DNA of 63,369 nt, the filler included, from Trichosphaerium sp. ATCC 40318 (taxonomy: Eukaryota; Protista; Tubulinea): assembly GCA_038496445.1 (NCBI GenBank). It is 4 parts of 4 records of this genome, joined end to end, with 100 filler letters (N's around TTAATTAATTAA, not from the genome) between each part and the next. Parts side by side here need not be neighbours in the genome. Positions count along the whole stretch, not along the records: positions 1 to 24,436 come from JALMLS010000178.1; 3 more parts are not named here. The stretch is one strand, 5' to 3'. The position numbers and the translations under genes were made by a program. Under the pieces are notes generated by a model. That model was not told where the DNA came from. It saw only the letters and a list, made by a program, of their open reading frames with translations, and did not search any database. Shown here piece by piece: positions 1-13,598 of the stretch; position 1 is the first letter of the stretch, and each line of letters starts with the position of its first letter.

Positions 1-45
1 AGAGATTTGTAAACATTTTCATTTTTTGTTCTGTGAGCGTCTCTT

Positions 46-1288
46 ATGGCAATAGCGCAGTTAGAGTGCATTCCACAAACTAAAAGCGATTTAACGAAAA
101 AGTATGGTTAAACTGTACCTTTGTGAATATAACTACTATCGTTCATTAGTTTCCTGTACGACATACTGCTTTTGATTGGTTTTACCACTTACCATCACCA
201 GTGATTCAAAGAATGGTCTCAATTCTCTTTTCGCTAAAATTGTTACAGAGTTGACTGCTATTGATACTCAAAAGTATGAAAACGCATCGACGAAGTCACT
301 TACCTCTCAGAGACGAAATATGTTTCACGTTAGTAAGTTAAATATGCCCTATAATCTACCGCACTCATGCACTATTAGCCGTATCAAAGGATAAAGAAGT
401 ACTAGCAATATTCAAAAGCCCATCAAAAGTGGTTGAGATGGTTCCAGTAATGATGAATCAGCTCAAAGCTGACAACAGTGGCGAAAAGTCAATCGTCCTT
501 AACCTTGGACATAACGTTACACTGGAAGGCATAAAACGTACTGATGAATAGAACATTTCCATGAAACGCTAAAGTCCTTTAGGAGTACTGCAAGATATCG
601 ATAGAGGCTCCATTACAACGGACAAACAAAAAGTGGAAAGATTGCAAGAAGCAATGGCTGCTGCTGATTGGCTGGGTTGTCAAGTAAAACTATACTTCAT
701 TAATGTGTTAGCTAACTGCTGTCAGGAGCAATACGAAAAGTACACAATTGGGGTTGCGTTACTGAGTGATGACTTTGAAAATGTGCTAGACCAAAGTAAT
801 ATTGGTAAACAGTTTGAGAAAGCAGACTTTTCGAAAATCCCATATTATGTGAGGCAAGATATGCTCATCCACACTCTCAACAGCTATGTGGAGTATCCTG
901 GTACCAACATAAATAGGAGTGCCATAGCCAGGGCTTTTGGGTTTTGTGTTAAAAAGCTCGACATTCCTACCAACTATGGGATTGAAGATGATTTTACATC
1001 ACCGCAATTCATTAAGTTGTACTCTAAGCTAAGAGACAGGACTCTATACAATGCAATTGCTAAAACAGAAAGGGACTTGTACGACCAATTCAACAATGCT
1101 GTTTGCTTACAATTCGACATAGTATTTTTAACATAACACATGATATGAGTGATGTAGTTGAAAGGGCTTGTAGATATGCAATACAGAATCTAGATTCTAA
1201 CGAATGCTTCAAGTTTCTACACAAGAATTGCGCATTGACAGGCAAAATTAAAGCTGTGGACAAGCTATGGTATCCTAAAAAGATATGA
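46..1288 (+). CDS. Multi-exon hypothetical protein, possible Skp1/BTB-like N-terminal region (left-arm copy)
   Basis: ATG at 46 (MAIAQLECIPQTK), short introns, and ORFs 633-1136 and 1103-1288. EAMAAADWLG resembles the Skp1/POZ AAxYL helix. Confidence 0.5.
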
Positions 1289-1640
1289 CAGTGTAAACTT
1301 ATCAAGTCTTTAGGTATACATTTTGTATAACAATAAGTGGAGATAAAGAGATGGTACTAAAAGTGCTTAAGAAAACAAATAGATCAAGATACTTGCCTAA
1401 AACCAGAGCTATGCTCGCTAGACTTGCTGTAAACTATGCAAAGTAGATTGTGCACCTTATGTGTTTGCTTGTTTTATACTTTTATACTTAGTATAAAGTG
1501 TTAAATAAAGAGTTTGAGCCTATGTGGTACGCTGTTGAATCTTGCCATACTAGGTGTTCGTTTTCGCCATTAACGAAAAGACTTGAATTGCCTACTTTTG
1601 GCTATACACACCTCAAAAACCCTCTAAACTCAATGTCACA

Positions 1641-2335
1641 CTAGATGCGGCTTTTGAGAGCACCTGAACTCCACCGTTCGAATACCGGCCCTGTCTTTAC
1701 GCCATTGGCAAATATGCACTTCATTTTCAAGTTACCATTATCATACCACTCCAAGTACTCTCCGTCTTTTCTGTCATTTACGTATTTACAAAAGCTCCTT
1801 CTTTTGCCATTTTTATGCAATTGAATCATCATTCCTTGTACCTTGGAATTAACAACGTGATACTGTTTAGCCACTTGACCGTTTTCATGGTATTCTTTGT
1901 ACACTCCATCTTCAAGTTTGTTGTTGATGTACATACACTCTTGATGTATTTTGCTGTTCTTATGCCACTTTTTGTATTCTCCATGACATGCACCGTGTAC
2001 ATAGTTACACTCAGATTTCAATGATCCACTATCATACCATTTTTTCCATTTGCCGTGCTTATTCAAGTCACCATCAAACCTTGTGGTCATTGCTGTGTGT
2101 TTTGATAGTAGCGGCCATGTGTTACATAATTCGTGATCTAGATCGATAATGTCGAGATGTAGCTCCACTGGAAGGTCAAAAAGATTACCAATATTTACTT
2201 TGGATGTAGTTATCTATCAGTAGAAATTAGTCAAAGAATCGTGATTTATACTGAAATTAGTAAGTGAATCGGCTGATTGAAATAGCAGAATTTACCAAAC
2301 CGGTACAATACAAGTTCAAAAAAGTTCAAATTCAT
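1641..2335 (-). CDS. F-box-like + MORN_2 (YwqK-like) repeat protein (left-arm copy)
   Basis: Repeats of W(Y/H)xNG...Y.NG...G. In-frame upstream LFDLPVELHLDII is F-box-like. The start is inferred through one intron. Confidence 0.8.
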
Positions 2336-3844
2336 GACAGACAAGCAGTTTGCTTTCTGCTAGCGGTTGAGGACTCGCTCTTATGCACAAGACCCTGAAG
2401 TTCATTTATATTTATCCATACCTTGCGTTTTGTTGCCATTGATGTTGTGTTCAACATTATGATAACTATGTTGACTAGGCTTGATTCGTTTTATGTGTTT
2501 TCATGCTCAATATTTTTGATTTTTTTTCAGTATTGGCTGATTATTTTACTCTATTGTTGATACTCAACGCCAGAAAACTAAGACACTCACTTACACAGAT
2601 ATCTCAACAACTAAGGTAGGAATGTGATTTAAGGCGCTGTGAGAAAATGTCTGTGTATAAATAAATTGACCGTAACAACAAACAAGACACCTCCTTTGTT
2701 GACTAATCTTGTCCATCTTTAGTTAACGTTATGTGTTAAATAGTTACTTTATACTTTTTATTTACAAAGGCAGATTACTGTGTTTATGATTTGTTAAAGA
2801 AGCTATTTAAAAATGCTTATTCTTCATTTTAATTTTTACCATTGTTTTAATGGTTTTTGGTTGTTCTGCTTTGGCTTCAGTGGATCTACATTGCTTGCAT
2901 TTAAAGCTAGAAATACCCTTCGCTATAGCAGCGGTCATGCCAATACACTAAACAAAAAATTAACAAACAAAACAACTACCAATATTTTTTCTTCAAAGAA
3001 AAAAAAACAAACAAAAAATGTTGAACTATCGAACACCATCACGCGTACTTTATAGTGATACCACTCACTGCATCCGTCACAACCTATTGTAACATTAAAT
3101 ACCTTTATTATCGTGACAGTGTCATATAAAGAGGCTGTGGGTTGGTGGTGTTTATTTTTTATCAGACAATCTACTACTATGCTTACTTTCTCTTTTGATT
3201 CTGTTTTCCATTGTGGCTTACACCATCTTTGTTCTTGTTGTGAAGTGTCATATTTCCAGTAATATTAACAGCATGAAGTACATCACCAACGAAAAAAGGC
3301 TTAGTACTATAAGAAACAAAAGTGTTAAGCAATTACCTATCAATGCTATCGTATACAGTAACACCATTAAATGCAATGTTGCCCATTGTCCTGTCATCAT
3401 TAAGAGATATGGGATTCATTTCATCAATAGCCACATCGGATAGTGTTACCTTAGAAAACGACATGCTTGAGGTTGGTTTTTTATGGTGTAAATAGATGCC
3501 TAAAGTAAGTCAGTACAGTTCTATTAGAACAGATTTGTGAAAAACAAAATTAAGGACATATTTTATGGATATGAAGAAATATCTTAATCCTTTGAACTTT
3601 GTTTCTTTCAGTACCTGCACTACTCGAACTCGAAACAGTGGTGTTTTCAATATTTATAAACCTGTTGCTTCTATAGTTGCCAGGCTAATCAAGATTCCAT
3701 AAGAGGCACCATATTGCATGTTACTATCCTTAACAGTGACAGAGATATCAGCATTGTTAGCAAGTTGCCAAGATACATTTTGAAGTTGGCACCAGTATTC
3801 TAAATTTTACATTAACTGTTGTACAGATCGCTACTAGTTAAGCG

Positions 3845-4750
3845 GAACATTACTAGCAGAGGATTGTGTTTTCTCAATTACGAACGGGACATTGCCACAA
3901 GGTATTCAAAAAAACCACGCATTTTTTTTCACAATACACGTGTTACTACGATTTTAGCCGGTGTTGATTATTGAACCAGATACATCTCTCACAAAGTTGT
4001 AGATTCGTATTCAATTGATCTTTTTTTCAATGTACCGCTTAACTAGTAGCGATCTGTACAACAGTTAATGTAAAATTTAGAATACTGGTGCCAACTTCAA
4101 AATGTATCTTGGCAGACTTGCTAACAATGCTGATATCTCTGTCACTGTTAAGGATAGTAACATGCAATATGGTGCCTCTTATGGAATCTTGATTAGCCTG
4201 GCAACTATAGAAGCAACAGGGTTTATAAATATTGAAAACACCACTGTTTCGAGTTCGAGTAGTGCAGGTACTGAAAGAAACAAAGTTCAAAGGATTAAGA
4301 TATTTCTTCATATCCATAAATATGTCCTTAATTTGTTTTTCACAAATCTGTCTATATAGAACTGTACTGACTTACTTTAGGCATCTATTTACACCATAAA
4401 AAACCAACCTCAAGCATGTCGTTTTCTAAGGTAACACTATCCGATGTGGCTATTGATGAAATGAATCCCATATCTCTTAATGATGACAGGACAATGGGCA
4501 ACATTGCATTTAATGGTGTTACTGTATACGATAGCATTGATAGGTAATTGCTTAACACTTTTGTTTTCTTATAGTACTAGGCCTTTTTTCGTTGGTGATG
4601 TACTTCATGCTGTTAATATTACTGGAAATTATGACACTTCACAACAAGAACAAAGATGGTTGTAAGCCACAATGGAAACAGAATCAAAAGAGAAAGTAAG
4701 CATAGTAGTAGATTGTCTTGATAAAAAATAAACACCACCAACCCACAGCC
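3845..4750 (+). repeat. Inverted partial duplicate of the 3' half of the beta-helix gene (13579-14496)
   Basis: Near-identical ORFs 4102-4359/14000-14230 and 4480-4665/13599-13850. This copy has extra single-base indels. Confidence 0.9.
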
Positions 4751-5075
4751 TCTTTATATGACACTGTCACGATAATAAAGGTATTTAATGTTACAATAGG
4801 TTGTGACGGATGCAGTGAGTGGTATCACTATAAAGTACGCGTGATGGTGTTCGATAGTTCAACATTTTTTGTTTTGTTTTTTTTTCTTTGAAGAAAAAAT
4901 ATTGGTAGTTGTTTTGTTTGTTAACTTTTTTTGTTTAGTGTATTGGCATGACCGCTGCTATAGCGAAGGGTATTTCTAGCTTTAAATGCAAACAATGCAG
5001 ATCCACTGAAGCCAAAGCAGAACAACCAAAAACCATTAAAACAATGGTAAAAATTAAAATGAAGAATAAGCATTT
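4745..5075 (+). pseudogene. PHD-finger fragment (mirror copy at ~2810-3135, minus strand)
   Basis: Spliced reading GCDGCSEWYHYK-CIGMTAAIAKGISSFKCKQC matches the PHD CxxC..W.H..C...CxxC pattern. The upstream part is disrupted. Confidence 0.6.
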
Positions 5076-5546
5076 TTAAATAGCTTCTTTAACAAATCAT
5101 AAACAAGTAATCTGCCTTTGTAAATAAAAAGTATAAAGTAACTATTACACATAACGTTAACTAAAGATGGACAAGATTAGTCAACAAAGTGAGTCTTGTT
5201 GTTGTTACGGTCAATTTATTTATACACAGACATTTTCTCACAGCGCCTTAAATCACATTCCTACCTTAGTTGTTGAGATATCTGTGTCAGTGAGTGTCTT
5301 TGAGTTTTCTGGCGTTGAGTATCAACAATAGAGTAAAATAATCAGCCAATACTGAAAAAAAATCAAAAATATTGAGCATGAAAACCACATAAAACGAATC
5401 AAGCTAGTCAACATAGTTATCATAATGTTGAACACAACATCAATGGCAACAAAACGCAAGGTATGGATAAATATAAATGAACTTCAGGGTCTTGTGCATA
5501 AGAGCGAGTCCTCAACCGCTAGCAGAAAGCAAACTGCTTGTCTGTC

Positions 5547-6241
5547 ATGAATTTGAACTTTTTTGAACTTGTATTGTACCGGTTTGGTAAATTCTGCTAT
5601 TTCAATCAGCCGATTCACTTACTATTTTCAGTATAAATCACGATTCTTTGACTAATTTCTACTGATAGATAACTACATCCAAAGTAAATATTGGTCATCT
5701 TTTTGACCTTCCAGTGGAGCTACATCTCGACATTATCGATCTATATCACGAATTATGTAACACATGGCCGCTACTATCAAAACACACAGCAATGACCACA
5801 AGGTTTGATGGTGACTTGAATAAGCACGGCAAATGGAAAAAATGGTATGATAGTGGATCACTGAAATCTGAGTGTAACTATGTACACGGTGCATGTCATG
5901 GAGAATACAAAAAGTGGCATAAGAACAGCAAAATACATCAAGAGTGTATGTACATCAACAACAAACTTGAAGATGGAGTGTACAAAGAATACCATGAAAA
6001 CGGTCAAGTGGCTAAACAGTATCACGTTGTTAATTCCAAGGTACAAGGAATGATGATTCAATTGCATAAAAATGGCAAAAGAAGGAGCTTTCGTAAATAC
6101 GTAAATGACAGAAAAGAAGGAGAGTACTTGGAGTGGTATGATAATGGTAACTTGAAAATGAAGTGCATATTTGCCAATGGCGTAAAGACAGGGCCGGTAT
6201 TGGAACGGTGGAGTTCAGGTGCTCTCAAAAGCCGCATCTAG
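5547..6241 (+). CDS. F-box-like + MORN_2 repeat protein (right-arm copy)
   Basis: ORF 5714-6241 carries MORN_2 repeats, preceded in frame by LFDLPVELHLDII. Confidence 0.8.
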
Positions 6242-6591
6242 TGACATTGAGTTTAGAGGGTTTTTGAGGTGTGTATAGCCAAAAGTAGGCAATTCAAGTC
6301 TTTTCGTTAATGGCGAAAACGAACACCTAGTATGGCAAGATTCAACAGCGTACCACATAGGCTCAAACTCTTTATTTAACACTTTATACTAAGTATAAAA
6401 GTATAAAACAAGCAAACACATAAGGTGCACAATCTACTTTGCATAGTTTACAGCAAGTCTAGCGAGCATAGCTCTGGTTTTAGGCAAGTATCTTGATCTA
6501 TTTGTTTTCTTAAGCACTTTTAGTACCATCTCTTTATCTCCACTTATTGTTATACAAAATGTATACCTAAAGCCTTGATAAGTTTACGCTG

Positions 6592-7835
6592 TCATATCTT
6601 TTTAGGATACCATAGCTTGTCCACAGCTTTAATTTTGCCTGTCAATGCGCAATTCTTATGTAGAAATTTGAAGCATTCGTTAGAATCTAGATTCTGTATT
6701 GCATATCTACAAGCCCTTTCAACTACATCACTCATATCATGTGTTATGTTAAAAATACTATGTCGAATTGTAAGCAAACAGCATTGTTGAATTGGTCGTA
6801 CAAGTCCCTTTCTGTTTTGGCAATTGCATTGTATAGAGTCCTGTCTCTTAGCTTAGAGTACAACTTAATGAATTGCGGTGATGTAAAATCATCTTCAATC
6901 CCATAGTTGGTAGGAATGTCGAGCTTTTTAACACAAAACCCAAAAGCCCTGGCTATGGCACTCCTATTTATTTTGGTACCAGGATACTCCACATAGCTCT
7001 TGAGAGTGTGGATGAGCATATCTTGCCTCACATAATATGGGATTTTCGAAAAGTCTGCTTTCTCAAACTGTTTACCAATATTACTTTGGGCTAGCACATT
7101 TTCAAAGTCATCACTCAGTAACGCAACCCCAATTGTGTACTTTTCGTATTGCTCCTGACAGCAGTTAGCTAACACATTAATGAAGTATAGTTTTACTTGA
7201 CAACCCAGCCAATCAGCAGCAGCCATTGCTTCTTGCAATCTTTCCACTTTTTGTTTGTCCGTTGTAATGGAGCCTCTATCGATATCTTGCAGTACTCCTA
7301 AAGGACTTTAGCGTTTCATGGAAATGTTCTATTCATCAGTACGTTTTATGCCTTCCAGTGTAACGTTATGTCCAAGGTTAAGGACGATTGACTTTTCGCC
7401 ACTGTTGTCAGCTTTGAGCTGATTCATCATTACTGGAACCATCTCAACCACTTTTGATGGGCTTTTGAATATTGCTAGTACTTCTTTATCCTTTGATACG
7501 GCTAATAGTGCATGAGTGCGGTAGATTATAAAGGCATATTTAACTTACTAACGTGAAACATATTTCGTCTCTGAGAGGTAAGTGACTTCGTCGATGCGTT
7601 TTCATACATTTGAGTATCAATAGCAGTCAACTCTGTAACAATTTTAGCGAAAAGAGAATTGAGACCATTCTTTGAATCACTGGTGATGGTATGTGGTAAA
7701 ACCAATCAAAAGCAGTATGTCGTACAGGAAACTAATGAACGATAGTAGTTATATTCACAAAGGTACAGTTTAACCATACTTTTTCGTTAAATCGCTTTTA
7801 GTTTGTGGAATGCACTCTAACTGCGCTATTGCCAT
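6592..7835 (-). CDS. Multi-exon hypothetical Skp1/BTB-like protein (right-arm copy)
   Basis: Mirror of 46-1288. Confidence 0.5.
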
Positions 7836-9021
7836 AAGAGACGCTCACAGAACAAAAAATGAAAATGTTTACAAATCTCTACAACAAAAGGTACATTAGT
7901 CCAACTAAGCGCGTTTATACCTTGTATACGCGTATGGCGTTTGGACTTTCAATAACTGACGTTCAATTTCAGCTTCAAGCTAAAATGAACGATTCTACGC
8001 TCAGCTTCGGCTTTATGGTTGGTGGCGCTATGAAGGATGAATACGTAGCATCAGAAAGTTCAGAAGGTAATTTTTTCTTTCCTCACCTGCGTTTTATACA
8101 CCACCTATCGCTTAACCAATGTCAGATGTGGTTGTACAATTATTAATGGATGTCCAAAATATTGATTCTAAGATGATAACATTTATAAGTACTCGTGTAC
8201 GTTGGACACGTGAAAATTTCCTCATTTTTTTGAAATTTACTTAAGTTGTTTTAGTTATCTGCTGACATACAAAACAATGTCTTTAATGCGTTATACAAGT
8301 ATGATGCTACTCAATAAAAATAATAGCATTAATGTTATCAACAAACATACAATGGACTCCAGTAATTGTCGAAGGCCCAAAAAATTTGCAACAACTTTCT
8401 GAAAGGAAAAACACCGCGTGTTACTCCTGTGAGAATGAGAAATATACAAGACATAAAGTAAAGAGCAAGCTAAATCATAATACGAAGCCATAGCAACAAC
8501 TAGCAGAAATAGAGGGTTGTTCTCTCCTACCTAGTTACTGTTTAATGAATTGTAACCAAATAACTCAGTGACTCTGACACGAACACCCATTTCCTTCGCA
8601 GTGACATCCATGGTAAAAGACTTAACATAAAATTTTTATTACTCGATGGATGACGCCGTTACATAGAAAGATACCCGACACCAGATGTTGTTTTTTAGAA
8701 CATGGTTTTCAAAAACCGAAATTCTCTTAAAAGTTAAGAATTACTGTTTTGAGATGTATTAATAGCCCGTTTGTAAAGGAACTACTAGTAGTTATTTTTC
8801 AAGCTTTCTGACGCAATACATGGCGCCAACGTACCTTACCTACCAAAAATTAATAATACTACAATCATCACTGATAGCCTGAGCAGCTCACTATAGTTTT
8901 TTTCTACTTTTTTTAAAGGATTCGGTTGATATCCTGTGCGCAAGCTAATCAGAATAAGTCATCTAACGCGGTTCTTGTCCGGAACTTCGGATAATCTTGT
9001 AGCGAAGCGTCCACAGATCGT

Positions 9022-9088
9022 CAGTTCCCTTTCACAGAACACGCGTGCAGTTCCCTTTCACAGAACACGTGTTCAGTTCCCTTTCACA
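9022..9088. repeat. 26-bp tandem repeat x~2.6 (cagttccctttcacagaacacgcgtg)
   Basis: Three copies of cagttccctttcaca at 26-bp spacing. Confidence 0.9.
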
Positions 9089-9896
9089 AAGTACGCTTAA
9101 TTCATTTCTTAAACAACCTCCAAAATGACACTCATACCTCCCAGATTCATTCCACTTGCCTCTATAAAACAGCATTCAGGCTGCCGTTCATCAGGTATGA
9201 CATCCAACCACTCTCGCTTGTGTAAATCCCGCAGTACCTCTTGTTCTAAAAATATAGTCGCGCCGCGTATACAAACAAATCGTAAGCGTCACAGAGTGCC
9301 GCAAACTAAAGACATACGGAAAATCTGATTTTCCTACATTCCGTTCATTCATTTATTAAAAATGCTCTTAGATTCCTTCAACAAGCCTAGTAGCGTAGTT
9401 ATATCGCTTAAGACAAAAGGAATATGTAGTGGATGCAATATGGAAATGACCAAGTACCTTAACCACGTGATAAGGATAACCTTATTAATTCTTCTGCTAG
9501 TTGCAAATTTTTATGTCATTTAATCAAGAAATACTGCCCCAAACAGATCGACGAGGCCTTAGCCTATCAAACGGAGAGGATGCAGAAACTCGAATTACTA
9601 AATAAGCGCCTCAAAGCGATGTTACAGCGATGCGAAGAAAAGAAAAGCAATGCTCCAGCTGACTAAGTTGCTGTGCTACCTGTGCATCACACTATCGCAT
9701 TTAATCATGAAATGAATATTCCCATGTGCTGTGCAAATATGTTGCAAGAACAAGCATTTATTGTGAAACAAATAAAAGCTATGTACTACACAAGACTGCG
9801 AAACTCGCAACTATTTTTAGTTCCATTCACAATACATTATGGTTTAGTACTCTTTACGTTTTTTAAAGGACTACAAAGCTTAGAGCAAAGTATGAG

Positions 9897-10484
9897 TTAT
9901 AGCTTCACCACCTTTGGATCTGATTTTTGGGAGACAATAACTTCAGTGAGCTCTTTCTTTTTTTGTTTCTTAGGTTTTTCTTTGATGCAAGGACCCTTAT
10001 ATCCCAAAGCAAGAATGCATGAAGCAAATGGAAATTGAAGATTCCTCACAAATAGCTCTTTTGTTTGCAAATAATCCTCCTGTACTTTTGTCACATGATG
10101 CTTTTCATACACTGTACGTACACTATCAAAGACCTCAAAAGAAGCTCTATGAATGAAATGAATGCCCACAAAGCGTATAAGAGCAACAGCAGTTACAAAA
10201 GCTGCTATCAAGCGCCATATATTATTTGTTGTTTCCGTTCTCAATCGTACGATATCTGAGAATCCCCACGTCGCTCCTATCATATCATAAGCGTTATTCA
10301 AATACATAGACTAGTTTAACATCAAGCCACCAAATTGAAACGCTCTGAGAAAGGCAATACCATCAAAACCCTTACCTCCTGCACCTAGGACTTCTAGCGT
10401 GAACAACAGCAGTATATCAACAACTGCTATTAAAACAAGAAAATATCGTTTCGAAACTCTTCCACAACTACTTTTGAGCGACAT
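9897..10484 (-). CDS. Hypothetical membrane protein, two exons
   Basis: Exon 1 MSLKSSCGRVSKRYFLVLIAVVDILLLFTLEVLGAG, then a gtaagg...ctag intron, then ORF 9897-10307 with a hydrophobic segment. Confidence 0.55.
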
Positions 10485-11052
10485 TACTGTTTAATTTTCG
10501 CATACAAGCAATCACGTGAACAGCACTTTATCTCAAACGACGTTCAAAAACGGAAATCGAAGGAATGTTTATCCGAAACATTTTCTGCTATCATTCTTGA
10601 AAATTTCGTGGATGACAGTTCCTTTTTAATCAAAAAGTTCACCAACAGCTAGCTCTTAAGGCAAGTAGATAAGCTCTAAATACTCAATAGAATTGACATG
10701 GATTTACGGTAACTTTCGTTACATAAAAATATCCATTACAGCCTATCATTCTTATCAAACTGTGCTATATAACAAATGTCAATCCCATATTCTTTTTTGG
10801 ATAGAGGAATACAATAACAATTGGTTGGTGTCACCAACAACAAAGCACATGATTTACTTCATCACCCTTTGAACATGCAGCAGAAATAGTTCTGGATGAG
10901 TATTCGCTTTTTACCTGTTAAGCTTGTTCGAAACGATAATCAATATTTTTTGGTTAAGTAAGCTCCAATCAAGGTAAGTTGTTCTTGAGAATGTAGTACT
11001 AATTCCTCTTTATTCACGACAACTCTACAAGAAACAGAAAAACTCACCTACA

Positions 11053-13353
11053 ATGCTACTTGTTATTGCAGTGGTTTCGCTTCTCGTTATTGTACTATGG
11101 ATCATTTCTCTGTATAGAAAGCGTATGTACGCAGGAATACCACCATCAGACTACGGTAATGCTATCTAAGTGTAAATAAAAGCAGTAAAACTCTAACAGT
11201 TTTTAGGCGCACCAGTAGTGGGTAGAACGCCCAAGTTATTGACACAAGACCATATAAGCTTTTTCAAGGATTCGTTTGAGCGCCTAGGACCTGAGTTTGC
11301 AACTAACCTGTTCCTAACGGATTGTGTTGTAACTACGAACACAAAATTCGCTTTCCGTGGAAAGGTACTGCTAACAGACAAGTTTAATTCCGTCATTCCT
11401 AAAAGTGACACATTTCTTGAAGTTGGAAAAAGTGCAAGTGGTTTTTCTCATCACCATCAATATGCTTGTTATTACCCTACCGAACTATTAGTAATATAGT
11501 ACCGACTTTTTAGCTACGATAGGGTTAGATTGTCTTTAGTGTATGAGAAAACAACGATTGCACTTTTTCCAACTTCAAGAAATTCTTCTGTCTTTTCTTT
11601 TACCCGAATGAAGCTTACATATGTTGAAATAGAATCTCGATGTTGGTTGGCCAAAACATTTCTTCAAGTTGATTGGTCATGAATCGCACTCAGCGTGTCC
11701 TCTTGGGAAGCAACACAGGAGTCAACGCCAATTACTCAATTTCGCATTCACAACAAAGTAATACACTAGTTTCATGATGTAAGCGGCTTAGGTACTAAAC
11801 TAAGATTTAGAGCACTCCGTGCATCTGTTCCTAGAGTATACGCCATCGCTGAAAAAATATTCGATGAATGGGGAGAAAAAACAGGTTTCTTTGAAGTGTT
11901 ACCTGCATGCAGAGTCCTGACGTTTAGCATTGTGAGTATAGTTGGCAGTGTAGACTTGTCGTTAGTCTGATATTATATCACAGGCCAGCCAAGTGCTTTT
12001 GGGTGGAAACTTGTCACGAGAAGAGATTGACAAAATGCTAGCACAATTTGTAATTTGGGTATGTTTGTTTAAGAAAAATGTTTAACAGACTTGATCTTGT
12101 GTTGTGCTTACTTTTTTGTTGTATAGAACGTTGGTTTTGGTGCCTTTTTGTTTCCATATGATGTTCCAGGTACAGATTTTGGTAAAGCTATGGATGCAAG
12201 ACGTAAAATGCAAAAAAAGATAGGCGAAGCTATTGATTCAAAAAAACTGTTACCAGCTGTATGCAATTCACCTTTCCTAGCAGTTCAAACAGTCGTTCTT
12301 ACTTCGCTTTAGGACAGAAAAAACCTCAATTTTAGACAACCTACTGGCAGCTGTGTACGATTAGAAACAATTACTTAATCTCACGTTACTACCAGGGATG
12401 AAGACGGTAATAAACTGTCTCGTCAAGCGTTGCTTGACCAGAGTCTAATGCTACTATTTGCTGGTATGACACTTGCACAAGATTAGTGCTCACGTTGATT
12501 AATAGGATACGATACTACATCTGCTTCTTTATCTTCTATACTATGGTATTTGGCCAGTAATCCTGAGCATATCTCAAAGCTATACGAAGAAGTAAAACAC
12601 CTTGATAAGCCACTCGATGAAGGTGACTATGATGCAATACGTGAATTGCCAATGCTAGATGCTACAGTTAAAGAGGTAACAAGACTCCCTTTTAGACAAG
12701 TTTGCTATTGAATGACATCTGATGTCCTTTGTAATCATTGACCTGAGCGACCTATAGTCAGGTCCTTTCGGATATTGTATCAACTTACATACCATAGGTT
12801 CTTCGTTTAACACCTCCTTTGGTCGCTATTGGTAGAACAGCAAAGAAAGACGTAAAGACACCTAATGTTCGTTGAAGTAAGTTTAATTTTGTTCTCACTC
12901 TTTTACACAGGGAAGCACTGTTCCAGAATCATGGTCTGTTCAAGTTCCTATCAACCATATCCATCACGATCCAAAGAATTTTAAGGACCCTGAAAAAGTG
13001 AGCAGTCAGCTTTTTGTTCTTTATTGAAATAACACGCGACTGTAGTTCAACCCACAACGTTTCATTGATAACAAGATTTCGAATGATATCCACGCACCTT
13101 ATGGTGGAGGAAGCCGCATGTGTTTGGGTACGTTCTTAAGGGTCTTGAAATGGCCATTTCTGTTTGCTGACTTGTTGATTTTTACTAATGCACTTTGTCT
13201 TTGTTAGGATACAAGCTTGCAAACTTGGAAATGAAGATTTTTATCCTTAGAGTTGTATGCAAATTTTCTGATCTTACACACCAGAATCACGGCGATTTTT
13301 ACAAACTAGTCAACACACATAACTTTGATGTAAAATTAACTAAAAGGGAATAA
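11053..13353 (+). CDS. Cytochrome P450, multi-intron
   Basis: N-terminal anchor MLLVIAVVSLLVIVLWII, I-helix FAG-YDTT, ExxR (EV-LR), FNPQRF, and heme motif PYGGGSRMCLG at ~13097-13128. Confidence 0.93.
11412..11583. mobile_element. MITE-like hairpin in a P450 intron
   Basis: Perfect 26-bp terminal inverted repeat atttcttgaagttggaaaaagtgcaa / ttgcactttttccaacttcaagaaat with imperfect inward extension. Confidence 0.75.
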
Positions 13354-13598
13354 TAAATCAGTGACTACCTATGGATAACCTTCTAGCATCAGTTCTGTAA
13401 CCAGTCCTGCTTCCTAAAGCTGCAAGGATGCCTATGTTACATCTTCTTTTTGTGTAAGCACCCAACAAGTAAATGGACTGCAATGGCTTGAACGTTTCAT
13501 AAAACCTGTATATCGGTCAGAGCTCTTATGATTTAGCTACCCTTCCTCGTCTTTGATTGTTGAATTAAAGTGTTAAAAAGGCTGTGGGTTGGTGGTGT

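Larger units (their letters stand above)
1..7880. repeat. Long inverted repeat (fold-back palindrome), arms ~1-3845 and ~4035-7880
   Basis: Position 1 agagatttgt is the reverse complement of 7871-7880 acaaatctct. Mirrored ORF pairs: 633-1136/6744-7247 and 1641-2168/5714-6241. Confidence 0.97.

Noticed and set aside
1641-2168. Bacterial YwqK toxin-antitoxin system
   Set aside because: MORN_2 repeats only, with no cognate toxin, in an intron-containing eukaryotic context.
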